Positions 19,417-32,370 are shown, counted from the stretch's first letter. The stretch is DNA of 64,000 nt from Dehalococcoidia bacterium (GCA_963665775.2 CAXXTF010000001.1:320001-384000), one strand, 5' to 3'. Numbers and translations: made by a program. The notes: generated by a model from the letters alone, not told the origin.

Positions 19417-19971
19417 TTACCCCTCGCCACCTTCCCGTTTGGCCTCCTCCGCCTCCGCCTTCCCAGTCTGCTCCTTTGGCGCCCCGCCCGAGTGCGCTAT
19501 CCCCATCGGCTCTCGGAAGTGGTCCTTTACGCGGCCGCTCTTGACGTCGTCCAGGAGGGCCGGCAGGTCCATCACCAGCTCCTGCCGATCATACCGAGAC
19601 AGCTCGACACCGGTCCATGAGTTGTTCATTACGATAGCGTCGAAGTTGCACACCTCAACGCAGATGTCGCAGCGCATGCAGCGGGCGTAATCGATGTAGA
19701 ACCGGTCGACGATCTTACGCCGCTTGGACGTCCCCTCCGCGTACTTGGGGTTGTCCTTCATCGTGATGGTCATACAGTCCGACGGACAGTAGCGGGCGCA
19801 GACCTGGCAACCAGTGCAGAACGGCTCATCCACCTCGAAGTCATAGAGGAGAATGGGAAGCCCCCGCGAGCGGTGTGGCAGCTTCTTCTTCTCCGTCGGA
19901 TACTCCACGGTGACCGGCTTCCGCAGCGCGGACCGCATCGTAACGGCGATCGACTTCAACATGCCCAGCAT
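19417..19971 (-). CDS. nuoI: NADH-quinone oxidoreductase subunit I
   Basis: Two 4Fe-4S motifs CTGCQVCARYCP and CMRCDICVEVC. Confidence 0.93.
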   Translation of the reverse strand: MLGMLKSIAVTMRSALRKPVTVEYPTEKKKLPHRSRGLPILLYDFEVDEPFCTGCQVCARYCPSDCMTITMKDNPKYAEGTSKRRKIVDRFYIDYARCMRCDICVEVCNFDAIVMNNSWTGVELSRYDRQELVMDLPALLDDVKSGRVKDHFREPMGIAHSGGAPKEQTGKAEAEEAKREGGEG

Positions 19972-21102
19972 CTACACTGCCCCCCTTGCACGACGCAGGC
20001 GCGGCGAGGGCACGCCCGCCCGGTGAGCGCCACGGTAGGTGATGTAAACAGCAGCCAGGGCGGCGATCCCAGAGAGGACGCCAAGGGTCCAGTCAGGCCA
20101 ACCGTAAACGAGCACCAGCCCATTGATTATGATTTGCAGGAAGGCTAAGGGCAACAACACCTGCCAGCAGAAGGCCATCAACTGGTCGATGCGCAGCCTG
20201 GGCATGCTGACCCGCATCCACATGAAGAACAGGATAAATCCCGATGCCTTCACGACTATCAAGAATACCTGAAGCGCGGGCCCCACTTCGTTACCGCCGG
20301 GCCAGTTCCAACCACCCAGGAAGATCAGGGAGCCCAGAACCGATATGAGCACCAGATTCAGGTACTCCGCCATCTGGAACAGGGACCAGCGGATGCCCGA
20401 GTACTCTACGAAGGGGCCACCCACCACTTCCGACTCGGCGACGGGGATGTCGAAGGGCTGGCGGTAGAGTTCCGCCAGGCCGGCGATGACGAAGATGAAG
20501 AAGGCCAGGGGTTGCCAGGCGATGTACGGAACCTTGTCCTGCCCATCAACCAGCTCCACCAGGTTCAGGCTCTGTCCCACCATGGCCACGGCCAAGACGG
20601 ACAGGACGAACGGAATCGCGTAGCTGATGAGCTGGGCCGCCGCCCGCACGCCCCCCAGGAGGGCGTACTTGTTGTCCGAGCCCCAGCCAGCCATGAGGAA
20701 GCCGACGATGGAGACCCCGGAGACAGCCAAAATAAAGAACAGCCCCAGCTCCAGGTTGCGCACGAACAGATCGGCGGTGAAGGGGAGGGTGACGAACGCC
20801 AGAAACACCGGCACCACGACCACGAAGGGCGCCAGCTCGAAGGTCCAGCGGTCCGCTGTCTGGGGACGAAGGTCCTCCTTGGTGAGGAGCTTCACCGTGT
20901 CGGCCACACCCTGAAGGGTTCCGTAGGGCCCGACCCGCATAGGCCCGAGCCGCATCTGGAAACGCCCAATGACCTTGCGCTCCAGATAGGTGAGAACGAT
21001 CACCGCCAAGGGGATGAGAGCCGCTATTATGCCCATACGGACCAGGGCGTCCACCCAGGCGTTATCGTTTTGGAAAATGAAGCGGAGCGAATCGGCGATC
21101 AA
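19972..21102 (-). CDS. nuoH: NADH-quinone oxidoreductase subunit H
   Basis: ERKVIGRFQMRLGPMRVGPYG, PFDIPVAESE, PRLRIDQL. Confidence 0.95.
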   Translation of the reverse strand: MIADSLRFIFQNDNAWVDALVRMGIIAALIPLAVIVLTYLERKVIGRFQMRLGPMRVGPYGTLQGVADTVKLLTKEDLRPQTADRWTFELAPFVVVVPVFLAFVTLPFTADLFVRNLELGLFFILAVSGVSIVGFLMAGWGSDNKYALLGGVRAAAQLISYAIPFVLSVLAVAMVGQSLNLVELVDGQDKVPYIAWQPLAFFIFVIAGLAELYRQPFDIPVAESEVVGGPFVEYSGIRWSLFQMAEYLNLVLISVLGSLIFLGGWNWPGGNEVGPALQVFLIVVKASGFILFFMWMRVSMPRLRIDQLMAFCWQVLLPLAFLQIIINGLVLVYGWPDWTLGVLSGIAALAAVYITYRGAHRAGVPSPRLRRARGAV

Positions 21103-22235
21103 CGGTCTACCTCACAGAGGACGATGTCCAGGGAGCCCAGGATGATGATAGCGTCCGCCACGTAGTAGCCGACGGCCATGTTCCTGAGGGCGGACAGGTT
21201 GGAGAAGCAGGAGGAGCGGATCTTGAGCCGGTACGGCTTATCGGCGCCCTTGGAGACGATGTAGACGCCGTACTCGCCCCGGGGGTTCTCCGCGCGCATG
21301 TACACCTCGCCCGGCGGCACGCGAAGGATGCGCTTCATCCCTTCCGCCATGATGGGCCCCGCCGGCAGCTGGTCAAGTGCCTGCTCCACGATACGGACCG
21401 ACTCCCTCATCTCCGCGATGCGAACCGTCAGCCGGTCGTATATGTCCCCTTGAATGCCGGTGGGGATATCGAACTGGAAGCGGTCGTAGATGGAGTAGGG
21501 CTCCGCCCGGCGCAGGTCGTGCTTGAGGCCGGTGGCCCGCAGCATGGGCCCGGTCAGGCCCCAGTTGATGGCTTCCTCCGGCTTAATGGGGCTGATGCCC
21601 CGGCAGCGGGCCAAGACGACCTCGTTATCGAGGAGGAGATCCTCGAGGTCTTTGATGCCGCCGTTGACCGCCTGCAGCACCTGCTGGCAGCGCTCCTCGA
21701 AGTCGTCCGGCACGTCCCAAGCCAGGCCGCCGGGCCGGAAGTAAGCGTACATCATCCGTTCGCCGGTGATCTCCTCGAAGAAATCCTGGATGGTCTCCCG
21801 ATCGCGGAAGGCGTACATGAACGACGTTCCGAACACCCCGATGTCCGTGCCAAAGGCGCCCACGAACATCAGGTGGCTGGCGATGCGGTTCAGTTCGGCC
21901 AGAATGATGCGTATGTACTCGGCCCGCTCCGGGACCTCCAGGCCGGCTAGCTTCTCCACGGCCATCACGAAACAATGCTCCGCGTTGAACTGGGCCAGGT
22001 ACTCTGACCGGTCCTGATAGCCGATGCACTGGCGGTAATCGCAGTTCTCGGACAGCTTCTCGGCGCCCCGGTGCATGTATCCGATGACTGGGTCCACGTC
22101 GACAACCTCTTCGCCGTCGATAGTCAGGACCATGCGAAAGACGCCGTGGGTGGCCGGATGCTGTGGCCCCACGTTGACGTTGATGTCAACGGTGTCTAGC
22201 TCGCGCTCGCTGGGGAGCTCGTAGTCAAGGGTCAT
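21099..22235 (-). CDS. nuoD: NADH-quinone oxidoreductase subunit D
   Basis: NVGPQHPATHGVFR, GYMHRGAEK, C-terminal EVDR. Confidence 0.95.
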   Translation of the reverse strand: MTLDYELPSERELDTVDINVNVGPQHPATHGVFRMVLTIDGEEVVDVDPVIGYMHRGAEKLSENCDYRQCIGYQDRSEYLAQFNAEHCFVMAVEKLAGLEVPERAEYIRIILAELNRIASHLMFVGAFGTDIGVFGTSFMYAFRDRETIQDFFEEITGERMMYAYFRPGGLAWDVPDDFEERCQQVLQAVNGGIKDLEDLLLDNEVVLARCRGISPIKPEEAINWGLTGPMLRATGLKHDLRRAEPYSIYDRFQFDIPTGIQGDIYDRLTVRIAEMRESVRIVEQALDQLPAGPIMAEGMKRILRVPPGEVYMRAENPRGEYGVYIVSKGADKPYRLKIRSSCFSNLSALRNMAVGYYVADAIIILGSLDIVLCEVDR

Positions 22236-22237
22236 GC

Positions 22238-23170
22238 TTAGCCGCCGTTCCCCGCTTCGGCCAGAGCCTTCAACGCCTCGGCCACAGCCTTGCGTTCGTC
22301 CTCCAGAGAGAGGCCCTTTGCCCGTGCCTCATCGCGGGTCTTCTTGATGAGAGCGGCCTTCTGCTGCGCCAGGGCTACCTTGGCTGCCCGATCGCCGGCC
22401 TCCGGCTTGGCAGGAGGGGGCGGCGGCGGAGCGGCGACGGCCTCCTGCGCCTCCTCGAACTGCTTGATCGCCGCCTGCACGGCGGCCCTCTCGTCCTCGC
22501 GGGAGAGGCCCTTGGCCCGCGCCTCGTCCCGCACCTGCTTCATTACGACCGCCTTTTTCTGGGCCATCACCACCCTGGCCGCCTTCTCGTCGAGGGGAGC
22601 CTCTGGGGTAACCTCGCCGGGTGCGGCTTCCGCCTGCGCCTTAGCCTGCTCGACGGCCATGAGGTAGTCCTCCTGCCAATCCTCGATCTCGGCCAGGGGG
22701 TGGCTCTTGCGCAGGGGGAAATAGCCCAGCCCTTCTTCGGTCAAGAGGGGCCGCAGGTCGGGGTGCCCATCGAAGACGACGCCCATCAGATCGTGCGCCT
22801 CCCTTTCGTGCCAGTTAGCCGTCTGCCAGAGGTGGCTCACAGTCGGCATGTGGGCGTCCTCGTAGGGGAAGTGGACCTTGATCGCCACGGAGTGCTGGCG
22901 CTGGTAGGAGTACAGATGGTATACGACCTCCAGGCCGTCCATGTGATCCACGCCGGTGAGCGAGCGCAGGAAATCGAAGGCCAGACGCTCATCCTCCTTG
23001 GCCTTCTGCATCACCGGCAGGAAGTCTTCCCGCCGCACGGTAAGGGCGACGTCGATCGCGGTCTGGCCAGCCTGAAACTCGGTGCCGGCCATGACATCTC
23101 GAAAGGTGTCGGCGATGGAGCCAGAGGGCGGCTCGGGTAGAGCGGGGTCCTGGACGCGCTCCTGGGCCAT
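22238..23170 (-). CDS. nuoC: NADH-quinone oxidoreductase subunit C with long repeat-containing C-terminal extension
   Basis: LTGVD, ANWHEREAHDLMGVVFDGHPDLR, FPLRK; ATG at 23170. Confidence 0.9.
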   Translation of the reverse strand: MAQERVQDPALPEPPSGSIADTFRDVMAGTEFQAGQTAIDVALTVRREDFLPVMQKAKEDERLAFDFLRSLTGVDHMDGLEVVYHLYSYQRQHSVAIKVHFPYEDAHMPTVSHLWQTANWHEREAHDLMGVVFDGHPDLRPLLTEEGLGYFPLRKSHPLAEIEDWQEDYLMAVEQAKAQAEAAPGEVTPEAPLDEKAARVVMAQKKAVVMKQVRDEARAKGLSREDERAAVQAAIKQFEEAQEAVAAPPPPPPAKPEAGDRAAKVALAQQKAALIKKTRDEARAKGLSLEDERKAVAEALKALAEAGNGG

Positions 23171-23172
23171 TG

Positions 23173-23787
23173 CTAGGCGCCGACCTTCCCCCGCTCCTCC
23201 ATAATCTTCTTCTGGAGGGCCAGGAAGGCGTCCATCAGCGCCTCGGGCCGCGGCGGGCAACCGGGCACGTAGACGTCTACCGGTATGATCTTATCGACAC
23301 CCTGGAGGACACGGTCGTAACGCGTGTAGGGGCCGCCGTTAGTGGCGCAGGCGCCCATCGAGATCACCCACTTGGGGCTGGGCATCTGCTCATAAAGGAG
23401 CTTAACGGCCGGGGCCATCTTTTTGGTCACCGTGCCGGATACGATCATGACGTCGGCCTGGCGGGGTGACGGCCAGGGGACGATACCGAAGCGGTCCAGG
23501 TCATGCCGGGCCATGAAGGTCGAGATCATCTCGATAGCGCAACAGGCGAGGCCAAAGGTGAGGGGCCAAAGGGAGGATTTCCGGCCCCAGGCGATAACCA
23601 CGTCGGCGGGCATCTGGAGGATGCCGGGCAGAAGCTGGCGATAGAGCGCCTTTCCCTGGCCGGGATCGATCGGTGCCGCCTCCAGACTCTTGATATCGTG
23701 TCGCAGCTCGTCAGTAACGGCGTCCGTGATGGTTAGCTGAGGGTCGTCCCGGACCTCGTAGATCTCAACAGTCTTCTTCTCGGCCAT
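23173..23787 (-). CDS. nuoB: NADH-quinone oxidoreductase subunit B
   Basis: [25 protein letters not shown]. Confidence 0.95.
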   Translation of the reverse strand: MAEKKTVEIYEVRDDPQLTITDAVTDELRHDIKSLEAAPIDPGQGKALYRQLLPGILQMPADVVIAWGRKSSLWPLTFGLACCAIEMISTFMARHDLDRFGIVPWPSPRQADVMIVSGTVTKKMAPAVKLLYEQMPSPKWVISMGACATNGGPYTRYDRVLQGVDKIIPVDVYVPGCPPRPEALMDAFLALQKKIMEERGKVGA

Positions 23788-23795
23788 CCGTTCAC

Positions 23796-24164
23796 CTACC
23801 TCCAGAGAAGTACGCCCTTCTTCCAGGCGTAGAGAAGGCCGAAGCCTAGGATACCTATGAACACTAGCATCTCATAGAAGGCAGTCTTCCCGATCTCCAG
23901 GAAGGAGATCGCCCAGGGGAAAAGGAAGACGGCCTCGATATCGAAGATCAGGAAAAGGATAGCGAAGAGGTAGTAACGGAAGTGCACCTGCGTGCGGCTG
24001 CGTCCGATGGGCAGCATGCCGCACTCATAGGTGACCGCCTTTGCGCGGCTGGGCTGACGCGGGGCCAGCATCCGGTTACCCATGAGGGCGGTTCCCACCA
24101 GGAGAAGGCCAAGGATGACAGCGATGAGGGCAGCCACATAGTCAGCGAAGTGTTCGGTAATCAC
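23796..24164 (-). CDS. nuoA: NADH-quinone oxidoreductase subunit A
   Basis: [25 protein letters not shown]. Confidence 0.95.
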   Translation of the reverse strand: MITEHFADYVAALIAVILGLLLVGTALMGNRMLAPRQPSRAKAVTYECGMLPIGRSRTQVHFRYYLFAILFLIFDIEAVFLFPWAISFLEIGKTAFYEMLVFIGILGFGLLYAWKKGVLLWR

Positions 24165-24220
24165 GTCTGTGGCCCCTGGCAGACAAGAAGGTTACGCATC
24201 TGTTCCATTAGACACAAGCG

Positions 24221-24249
24221 ATGCTAGCACGGGCCCGCTCTACTGTCAA
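24221..24249 (-). promoter_or_regulatory. Sigma70-type promoter for the nuo operon
   Basis: TTGACA-17 bp-TAGCAT with extended TG on the minus strand. Confidence 0.65.
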
Positions 24250-24276
24250 AAACCAAGCGACCACTTCCTTAACCGT

Positions 24277-26934
<2,658 letters not shown>

Positions 26935-27146
26935 CTCTTCTGATCGATTCGGAGGCACCGTGGAAGCGTCCTTCAGAGAACAGGCCCGCGAGGGCGGAGG
27001 ATGATGCCTGAATTGTAGGATGCGCCAAGGCTGCGGGCAAGGGAGCCTTATTCATAATTCGATAGTCGGTTTCAGCGTAATGGAGTTATCTAATGGACAC
27101 TGATAGACTGCATCCATCGGAGTTGCTGCTGAGAGGAGCACCGAGG

Positions 27147-27761
27147 ATGCACAAGGACTTCCGATTCACAAGTACACTACATTGGCTGAATTTCCAGCCC
27201 GTTCCTGCGGCCACATATCGCTGCGGATACTGCGGCTCAGCAGTAGGGTCTAGCAGCGGATGGAGAGTCGAGAACGATCCCGTGACAGTCTTAATACGCA
27301 TTTGCCCTAGCTGCAATGGCCCAACATTCTTTGATGCTAAAAAGAGCCAATGGCCCGGACCTCTACTAGGGATGTCAATCAAAAACCTACCGTCTGATGT
27401 CCTGTCGATCTATGAGGAAGCGAGAAGGAGTGTGGCAGCAACGGCCTTCACCGGGGCGGTCATGCTCTGTCGCAAGATATTGATGCACGTTGCCGTCGAG
27501 AAAAAAGCGGAAAGAGACAAGAGCTTTCAGTATTACGTCCAATGGCTCATTGAAGAGCGATATGCCCCCAGAGGGGCCGAGGAATGGCTCAACTATATTC
27601 GCAGTCGTGGCAATGAGGCTAACCACGAGATAGTTGTGATGACGAAAGAGGATGCAACCGGCGTGCTACTCTTCACGGAAGCACTAGCCCGCGGCATATA
27701 CGAATTGCCCTCGCTGGTTCCGCAGGTGCCGACCGATGACGATCAGGAAAAGGGAAGCTAG
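27147..27761 (+). CDS. DUF4145-like (HEPN-like) protein with N-terminal zinc ribbon
   Basis: CGYC..CPSC, YEEARRS, GAVMLCRKIL, IRSRGNEANHE; GAGGAG RBS; visibly lower GC. Confidence 0.75.
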   Translation: MHKDFRFTSTLHWLNFQPVPAATYRCGYCGSAVGSSSGWRVENDPVTVLIRICPSCNGPTFFDAKKSQWPGPLLGMSIKNLPSDVLSIYEEARRSVAATAFTGAVMLCRKILMHVAVEKKAERDKSFQYYVQWLIEERYAPRGAEEWLNYIRSRGNEANHEIVVMTKEDATGVLLFTEALARGIYELPSLVPQVPTDDDQEKGS

Positions 27762-27998
27762 CAAAGGCTTCGATGGGCTAGGCTATGCCACCGCCCTCAC
27801 GCAACCTAACGCTGGGTGGCGATCCCCTACCCCCACCGTTGACTTCCCCTTGAGGCTCGCCTATCGTGGGTCGTAGCCTCACGCTTCCCGGCTAACAGCT
27901 TCCATCCCCCCTATCTCGATGGGTCACCGGCTCCACCCTCACAACCTCGAACCGCCGGCGGTTCGCGACGGCGGACTGGCGCCTGCGGTCATCTCGCC

Positions 27999-29114
27999 GT
28001 GAGCGACCAGCCAGCCACCGACGCCCTCCGTCGCACCTGCCTCCACGAGGAGCACCTGCGGCTGGAGGGGCGGATGGTTCCCTTCGCCGGCTGGGAGATG
28101 CCGGTGCAGTACGGGGGCATCGTGGAGGAGCACCAGGCCGTGCGGCAGCGGGCGGGGATGTTCGACGTCTCTCATATGGGGCGACTCGAGGTGCGGGGGC
28201 CGCAGGCCGGCCGCCTCCTGCGATACCTATGCACCTGGGACATCGCCGGGCTAGGGCCCGGCGAGGGCCACTACACCGCCGTCTGCCGGGACGATGGTGG
28301 CATCCTGGACGACGTCTACGTCTTCTGTTTGACGCCTGAACGCTACCTCCTGGTGGCCAACGCCGCCAACGCCGACAAGATCCACCGCTGGCTCCAGGCC
28401 CACGCCGGTGGCTTCCAGGCCGAGCTGGTGGACAGGCAGATGTCGACGGCCATGATCGCCGTGCAGGGGCCGCAGAGCCTGGCCCGGCTGGGCGAGGTGA
28501 TCGGCCCCGAGTTCGTGAGCTCGCTGCGTCCACGCCGCTGCGGCGAGACCGCCTGGCGCGACCAGACGCTGTTCGCATCGCGCACCGGCTATACCGGCGA
28601 GGACGGCCTGGAGCTGATAGCCGATCGGTCCGGCGGGCCGGGCCTGTGGCGGGCGTTGCTGGAGGCGGGGGTCCAACCCTGCGGCCTGGGCGCCCGCGAT
28701 ACGCTCCGGCGGGAGGCGGCACTCCTCCTCTACGGTAACGATATCGATGAGAGCACGATCCCCTGGGAGGTTGGCCTGGGCTGGGTGGTGACCCTGGACG
28801 ACGGCGCGGAGTTCGTCGGTCGGGAGGCGCTGCTCGGATTGCGTGACGCCGGTCCACAGCGGCTCTCGGTCTGCCTACGCGCCCGGGAGCGGGGGATCAT
28901 GCGGGCCGGCTGCGCCATCTTGCGTTCGGGCCGGGAGGTCGGTAAAGTCACCAGCGGCGGCCACTCGCCCACCCTGTCGGTCAGCATCGGCCTGGGCTTC
29001 GTCCCAACGGAGCTGGCGACGGAGGGGACGGAGCTGACGGTCGACGTGCGGGGCAAGTCGCTGCCCGTGCGGGTGGTGCCCCGGCCGTTCTACAAGGCGC
29101 CCAAACAGAGATAA
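27999..29114 (+). CDS. gcvT: Glycine cleavage aminomethyltransferase T
   Basis: FAGWEMPVQY, FDVSHMG, SRTGYTGEDG, GLGARDTLR. Confidence 0.96.
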   Translation: MSDQPATDALRRTCLHEEHLRLEGRMVPFAGWEMPVQYGGIVEEHQAVRQRAGMFDVSHMGRLEVRGPQAGRLLRYLCTWDIAGLGPGEGHYTAVCRDDGGILDDVYVFCLTPERYLLVANAANADKIHRWLQAHAGGFQAELVDRQMSTAMIAVQGPQSLARLGEVIGPEFVSSLRPRRCGETAWRDQTLFASRTGYTGEDGLELIADRSGGPGLWRALLEAGVQPCGLGARDTLRREAALLLYGNDIDESTIPWEVGLGWVVTLDDGAEFVGREALLGLRDAGPQRLSVCLRARERGIMRAGCAILRSGREVGKVTSGGHSPTLSVSIGLGFVPTELATEGTELTVDVRGKSLPVRVVPRPFYKAPKQR

Positions 29115-29138
29115 CAGAGAGAGATAGGAGAGGGAGCC

Positions 29139-29528
29139 GTGTCCAGCCCTCCGGAGCTGAAGTACACCGAGGATCACGAGTGGGTAAGGGTCGTGGACGA
29201 CGTGGGGACGGTAGGAATCACGGAGTTCGCCCAGGACCAGCTGGGCGACATCGTCTTCGTCGAGCTACCGGCCCCTGGCGCCCAGCTCACGCAGCGAGAG
29301 AAGTTCGGCGAGATCGAGTCAGTCAAGGCGGTCTCGGAGCTGTTCTCGGCGGTGTCGGGGGAGGTAGTGGAAGCGAACGCTGCCCTGGCCGACAAGCCGG
29401 AGCTGGTGAACGAATCGCCCTACGATGAGGGCTGGATGATCCGCCTGCGCCTCAGCAGCCCCGGCGAGCTGGACAGCCTCATGACGGCCGAGCAGTACGA
29501 CGAGTACACCGCCCAGGGGACCGGATGA
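29139..29528 (+). CDS. gcvH: Glycine cleavage H protein
   Basis: HEW, GITEFAQDQLGD, lipoyl-Lys ESVKA. Confidence 0.97.
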   Translation: MSSPPELKYTEDHEWVRVVDDVGTVGITEFAQDQLGDIVFVELPAPGAQLTQREKFGEIESVKAVSELFSAVSGEVVEANAALADKPELVNESPYDEGWMIRLRLSSPGELDSLMTAEQYDEYTAQGTG

Positions 29529-30868
29529 GCGGCTCCGCGCCCCATCCCTACATCCCGAACACCGATGACGACCGCCGCGCCATGCTGGAGGCTATCGGCG
29601 TATCGTCCGTCGACGAGCTGTTCGCGGACATCCCCTCCGATCTGCGCATCGAGGGGCTCGATCTGCCCCCAGCCCTATCGGAGGCCGAGCTGGTGCGGGA
29701 GATGTCGGCCCTGGCCGCCGTTAACGGCGTGCCCGGCAACGGCCCTTCGACCAGCTCAGGACCCGGCCTCGCCTGCTTCCTGGGAGCGGGCGCTTACCGC
29801 CACCTGATTCCCAGCGTCGTCGCCCACGTCGTCGGCCGCAGCGAGTTCTCCACCGCCTACACGCCCTACCAGCCGGAGATCAGCCAGGGGACGCTGCAGA
29901 CCATGTTCGAACTCCAGTCCATGACCTGCGAGTTGATGGCGATGGACGCCGCTAACGCCGGCATGTACGACGGCGCCAGCGCCCTGGCCGAGGCCTGCCT
30001 CATGGCCTGCCGCATCACCGGTCGCGGACGCATCGCCCTGCACGCCAGCCTGAACCCGGCCTACGTCGCCGTCGTGCGGACATACGCCGCCGGCTCCGGC
30101 CTGACCGTCGCGGTGATGGACGCGCCGCGTCTGACGTCCGAGCACGCCTGCCTGGCCGTCCAGCAGCCCGGTTTTCTCGGCGGTCTGGAGGACGTATGGG
30201 CCCTGAGCGAGACGGCCCACGCCGCCGGCGCCCTCTACCTCGCCGTCGTCGATCCCGTATCCCTGGGGCTGCTGGCCCCGCCCGGCGGGTACAGGGCCGA
30301 CATCGCCGTAGCCGAGGGTCAGGGGCTGGGCTGGCCCGTGAGCTTCGGCGGGCCCTACCTGGGGCTTTTCGCCTGCCGCCAGGAGCACCTGCGCCAGATG
30401 CCGGGCCGCATCGTGGGCCGTACCAGGGACCAGGCGGGCCGCGCGGGCTACGTCCTCACCCTACAGACCCGCGAGCAGCATATCCGCCGCGAGCGGGCCA
30501 CCTCCAACATCTGCACCAGTCAGCAGCTCGTGGGGCTGGCGGCGACCGTCTACCTGGCCACGATGGGAAAGCACGGCCTGCGGCAGGTGGCCGAGGCCTG
30601 CTATCACAAGGCCCACTACGCCGCCGAGCGCATCGACGCCCTGCCGGGTTACTCTCTAGCCCTGGATCAGCCCTTCTTCCAGGAGTTCGTCGTCCACTGC
30701 CCCCGGCCCCCTGCCGAGATCAACGCCACGCTCCTGGAGCGGGGATTCACCGGCGGCCTTGACGTGTCGGATCGCATCGAGAGCGGCATGCTGATCTGCG
30801 TCACGGAGGCGAACAGGCGGGAGGAGATCGAGCGGCTGGTGGCGGCGCTGGGAGAGGCCGGGCGGTGA
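29525..30868 (+). CDS. gcvPA: Glycine dehydrogenase subunit 1
   Basis: YTPYQPEISQG, TREQHIRRERATSNICT. Confidence 0.96.
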   Translation: MSGSAPHPYIPNTDDDRRAMLEAIGVSSVDELFADIPSDLRIEGLDLPPALSEAELVREMSALAAVNGVPGNGPSTSSGPGLACFLGAGAYRHLIPSVVAHVVGRSEFSTAYTPYQPEISQGTLQTMFELQSMTCELMAMDAANAGMYDGASALAEACLMACRITGRGRIALHASLNPAYVAVVRTYAAGSGLTVAVMDAPRLTSEHACLAVQQPGFLGGLEDVWALSETAHAAGALYLAVVDPVSLGLLAPPGGYRADIAVAEGQGLGWPVSFGGPYLGLFACRQEHLRQMPGRIVGRTRDQAGRAGYVLTLQTREQHIRRERATSNICTSQQLVGLAATVYLATMGKHGLRQVAEACYHKAHYAAERIDALPGYSLALDQPFFQEFVVHCPRPPAEINATLLERGFTGGLDVSDRIESGMLICVTEANRREEIERLVAALGEAGR

Positions 30869-32370
30869 CAACGATCGACCAGCAAGGGCAGGGATCGCCG
30901 CCGGGGCCCGACATCGGCGCCCGCCTGACCTTCGACCTGAGCCGGCCGGGGCGAAAGGGGGTTCTCCTGCCGCCCTTGGACGTGCCTCCGGCCCCGCTGC
31001 CGCCCTCTCGCTTCCTGCGCTCGGAGCTGAACCTGCCGGAGATGGCCCAGAACGACGTGATCCGCTACTTCCTGGGGCTCAGCCGCCTCAACTACAGCAT
31101 CGACACCGGCTTCTACCCCCTGGGCTCCTGCACCATGAAGTACAACCCTAAGGTAAACGAGGACGTGGCGGGCTTGCCCGGCTTCCTCCTGGCCCACCCC
31201 TTGCAGCCGCCGGAGACGGTCCAGGGCGCCCTGGCTGTCCTGCATGAGCTACAGGGCGCGCTGGCGGAGATCACCGGCATGGACGCCGTGAGTCTGGCCC
31301 CGGCGGCCGGCGCTCAGGGCGAGCTGTGCGGCATCCTGATGATCAGAGCCTACCTGGCCGACCAGAGGCGGGGCGACCGCCGGACGGTGCTCGTGCCGGA
31401 CTCCGCCCACGGCACGAACCCGGCCACCGCCGCCATGGGTGGCTTCCGGGTGGTCACCATCCCCTCGGACGCAAAGGGAAACATGGACCTCGACTCTCTG
31501 GAGCGAGCCCTGGACGACGGCGTGGCGGCGATGATGCTAACCCTGCCCTCCACCCTCGGCCTGTTCGACCCGAACATCAGGCGTATCGCGGAGACGCTGC
31601 ACCGGCGCGGGGCGCTGCTCTACGGCGACGGCGCTAATCAGAACGCCTTCCTGGGCCGCGCCCGCTTCGGCGACATGGGGTTCGACGTGGTACACCTCAA
31701 CCTGCACAAGACGTTCTCCACCCCCCACGGAGGGGGCGGCCCCGGCGCCGGCCCCGTCTGCGCCACGACCGAACTCGCTCCCTACCTGCCAGCGCCCATC
31801 GCCGAAAGAGCGGCAGAGTCGTACCGCCTGTCCACTCCGGAGCGCAGCATCGGCAAGACGCTAGCCTTTCATGGCAACTTCGGCGTGCTGGTGCGGGCCC
31901 TGACCTACATCCGCTCGCTCGGTGCCGAGGGGCTGCGCGCCGCCAGCGAGAACGCCGTCGTCAACGCCAACTACGTGCAGGCCCGGCTGCGCGGCGCCTA
32001 CCACCTCCCCTACGACCGCCGCTGCCTGCACGAGGCGGTGCTCTCCGGCAGCAAGCAGCGGGCTAAGGAGGTCAAGACCCTGGATATCGCCAAACGGCTC
32101 ATCGACTACGGCTTTCACCCCCCCACGATATACTTCCCCCTCATTGTGGACGAGGCGCTGATGATCGAGCCCACGGAGACGGAGGGGAAAGAGGCGCTGG
32201 ACGCCTTCTGCGAGGCGATGCTGGCGATAGCGAGAGAGTCAGAGGAGGAGCCGGAGCTGGTGAGGGGCGCGCCCCATACGGCGCCCCTGCGCCGCCTGGA
32301 CGAGGCGACGGCGGCCCGGCGGCCGGTCCTCAGATGGCAGCCTACAGAGGAGCGCGACGATGACCGGTGA
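30865..32370 (+). CDS. gcvPB: Glycine dehydrogenase subunit 2
   Basis: PLGSCTMKYNPK, HLNLHKTFSTPHGGGGPG. Confidence 0.96.
   Translation: MTTIDQQGQGSPPGPDIGARLTFDLSRPGRKGVLLPPLDVPPAPLPPSRFLRSELNLPEMAQNDVIRYFLGLSRLNYSIDTGFYPLGSCTMKYNPKVNEDVAGLPGFLLAHPLQPPETVQGALAVLHELQGALAEITGMDAVSLAPAAGAQGELCGILMIRAYLADQRRGDRRTVLVPDSAHGTNPATAAMGGFRVVTIPSDAKGNMDLDSLERALDDGVAAMMLTLPSTLGLFDPNIRRIAETLHRRGALLYGDGANQNAFLGRARFGDMGFDVVHLNLHKTFSTPHGGGGPGAGPVCATTELAPYLPAPIAERAAESYRLSTPERSIGKTLAFHGNFGVLVRALTYIRSLGAEGLRAASENAVVNANYVQARLRGAYHLPYDRRCLHEAVLSGSKQRAKEVKTLDIAKRLIDYGFHPPTIYFPLIVDEALMIEPTETEGKEALDAFCEAMLAIARESEEEPELVRGAPHTAPLRRLDEATAARRPVLRWQPTEERDDDR

Noticed and set aside
27770-27998. Glycine riboswitch upstream of gcvT
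   Set aside because: No GGAGA/CCGAAG/CTCAGG aptamer core seen
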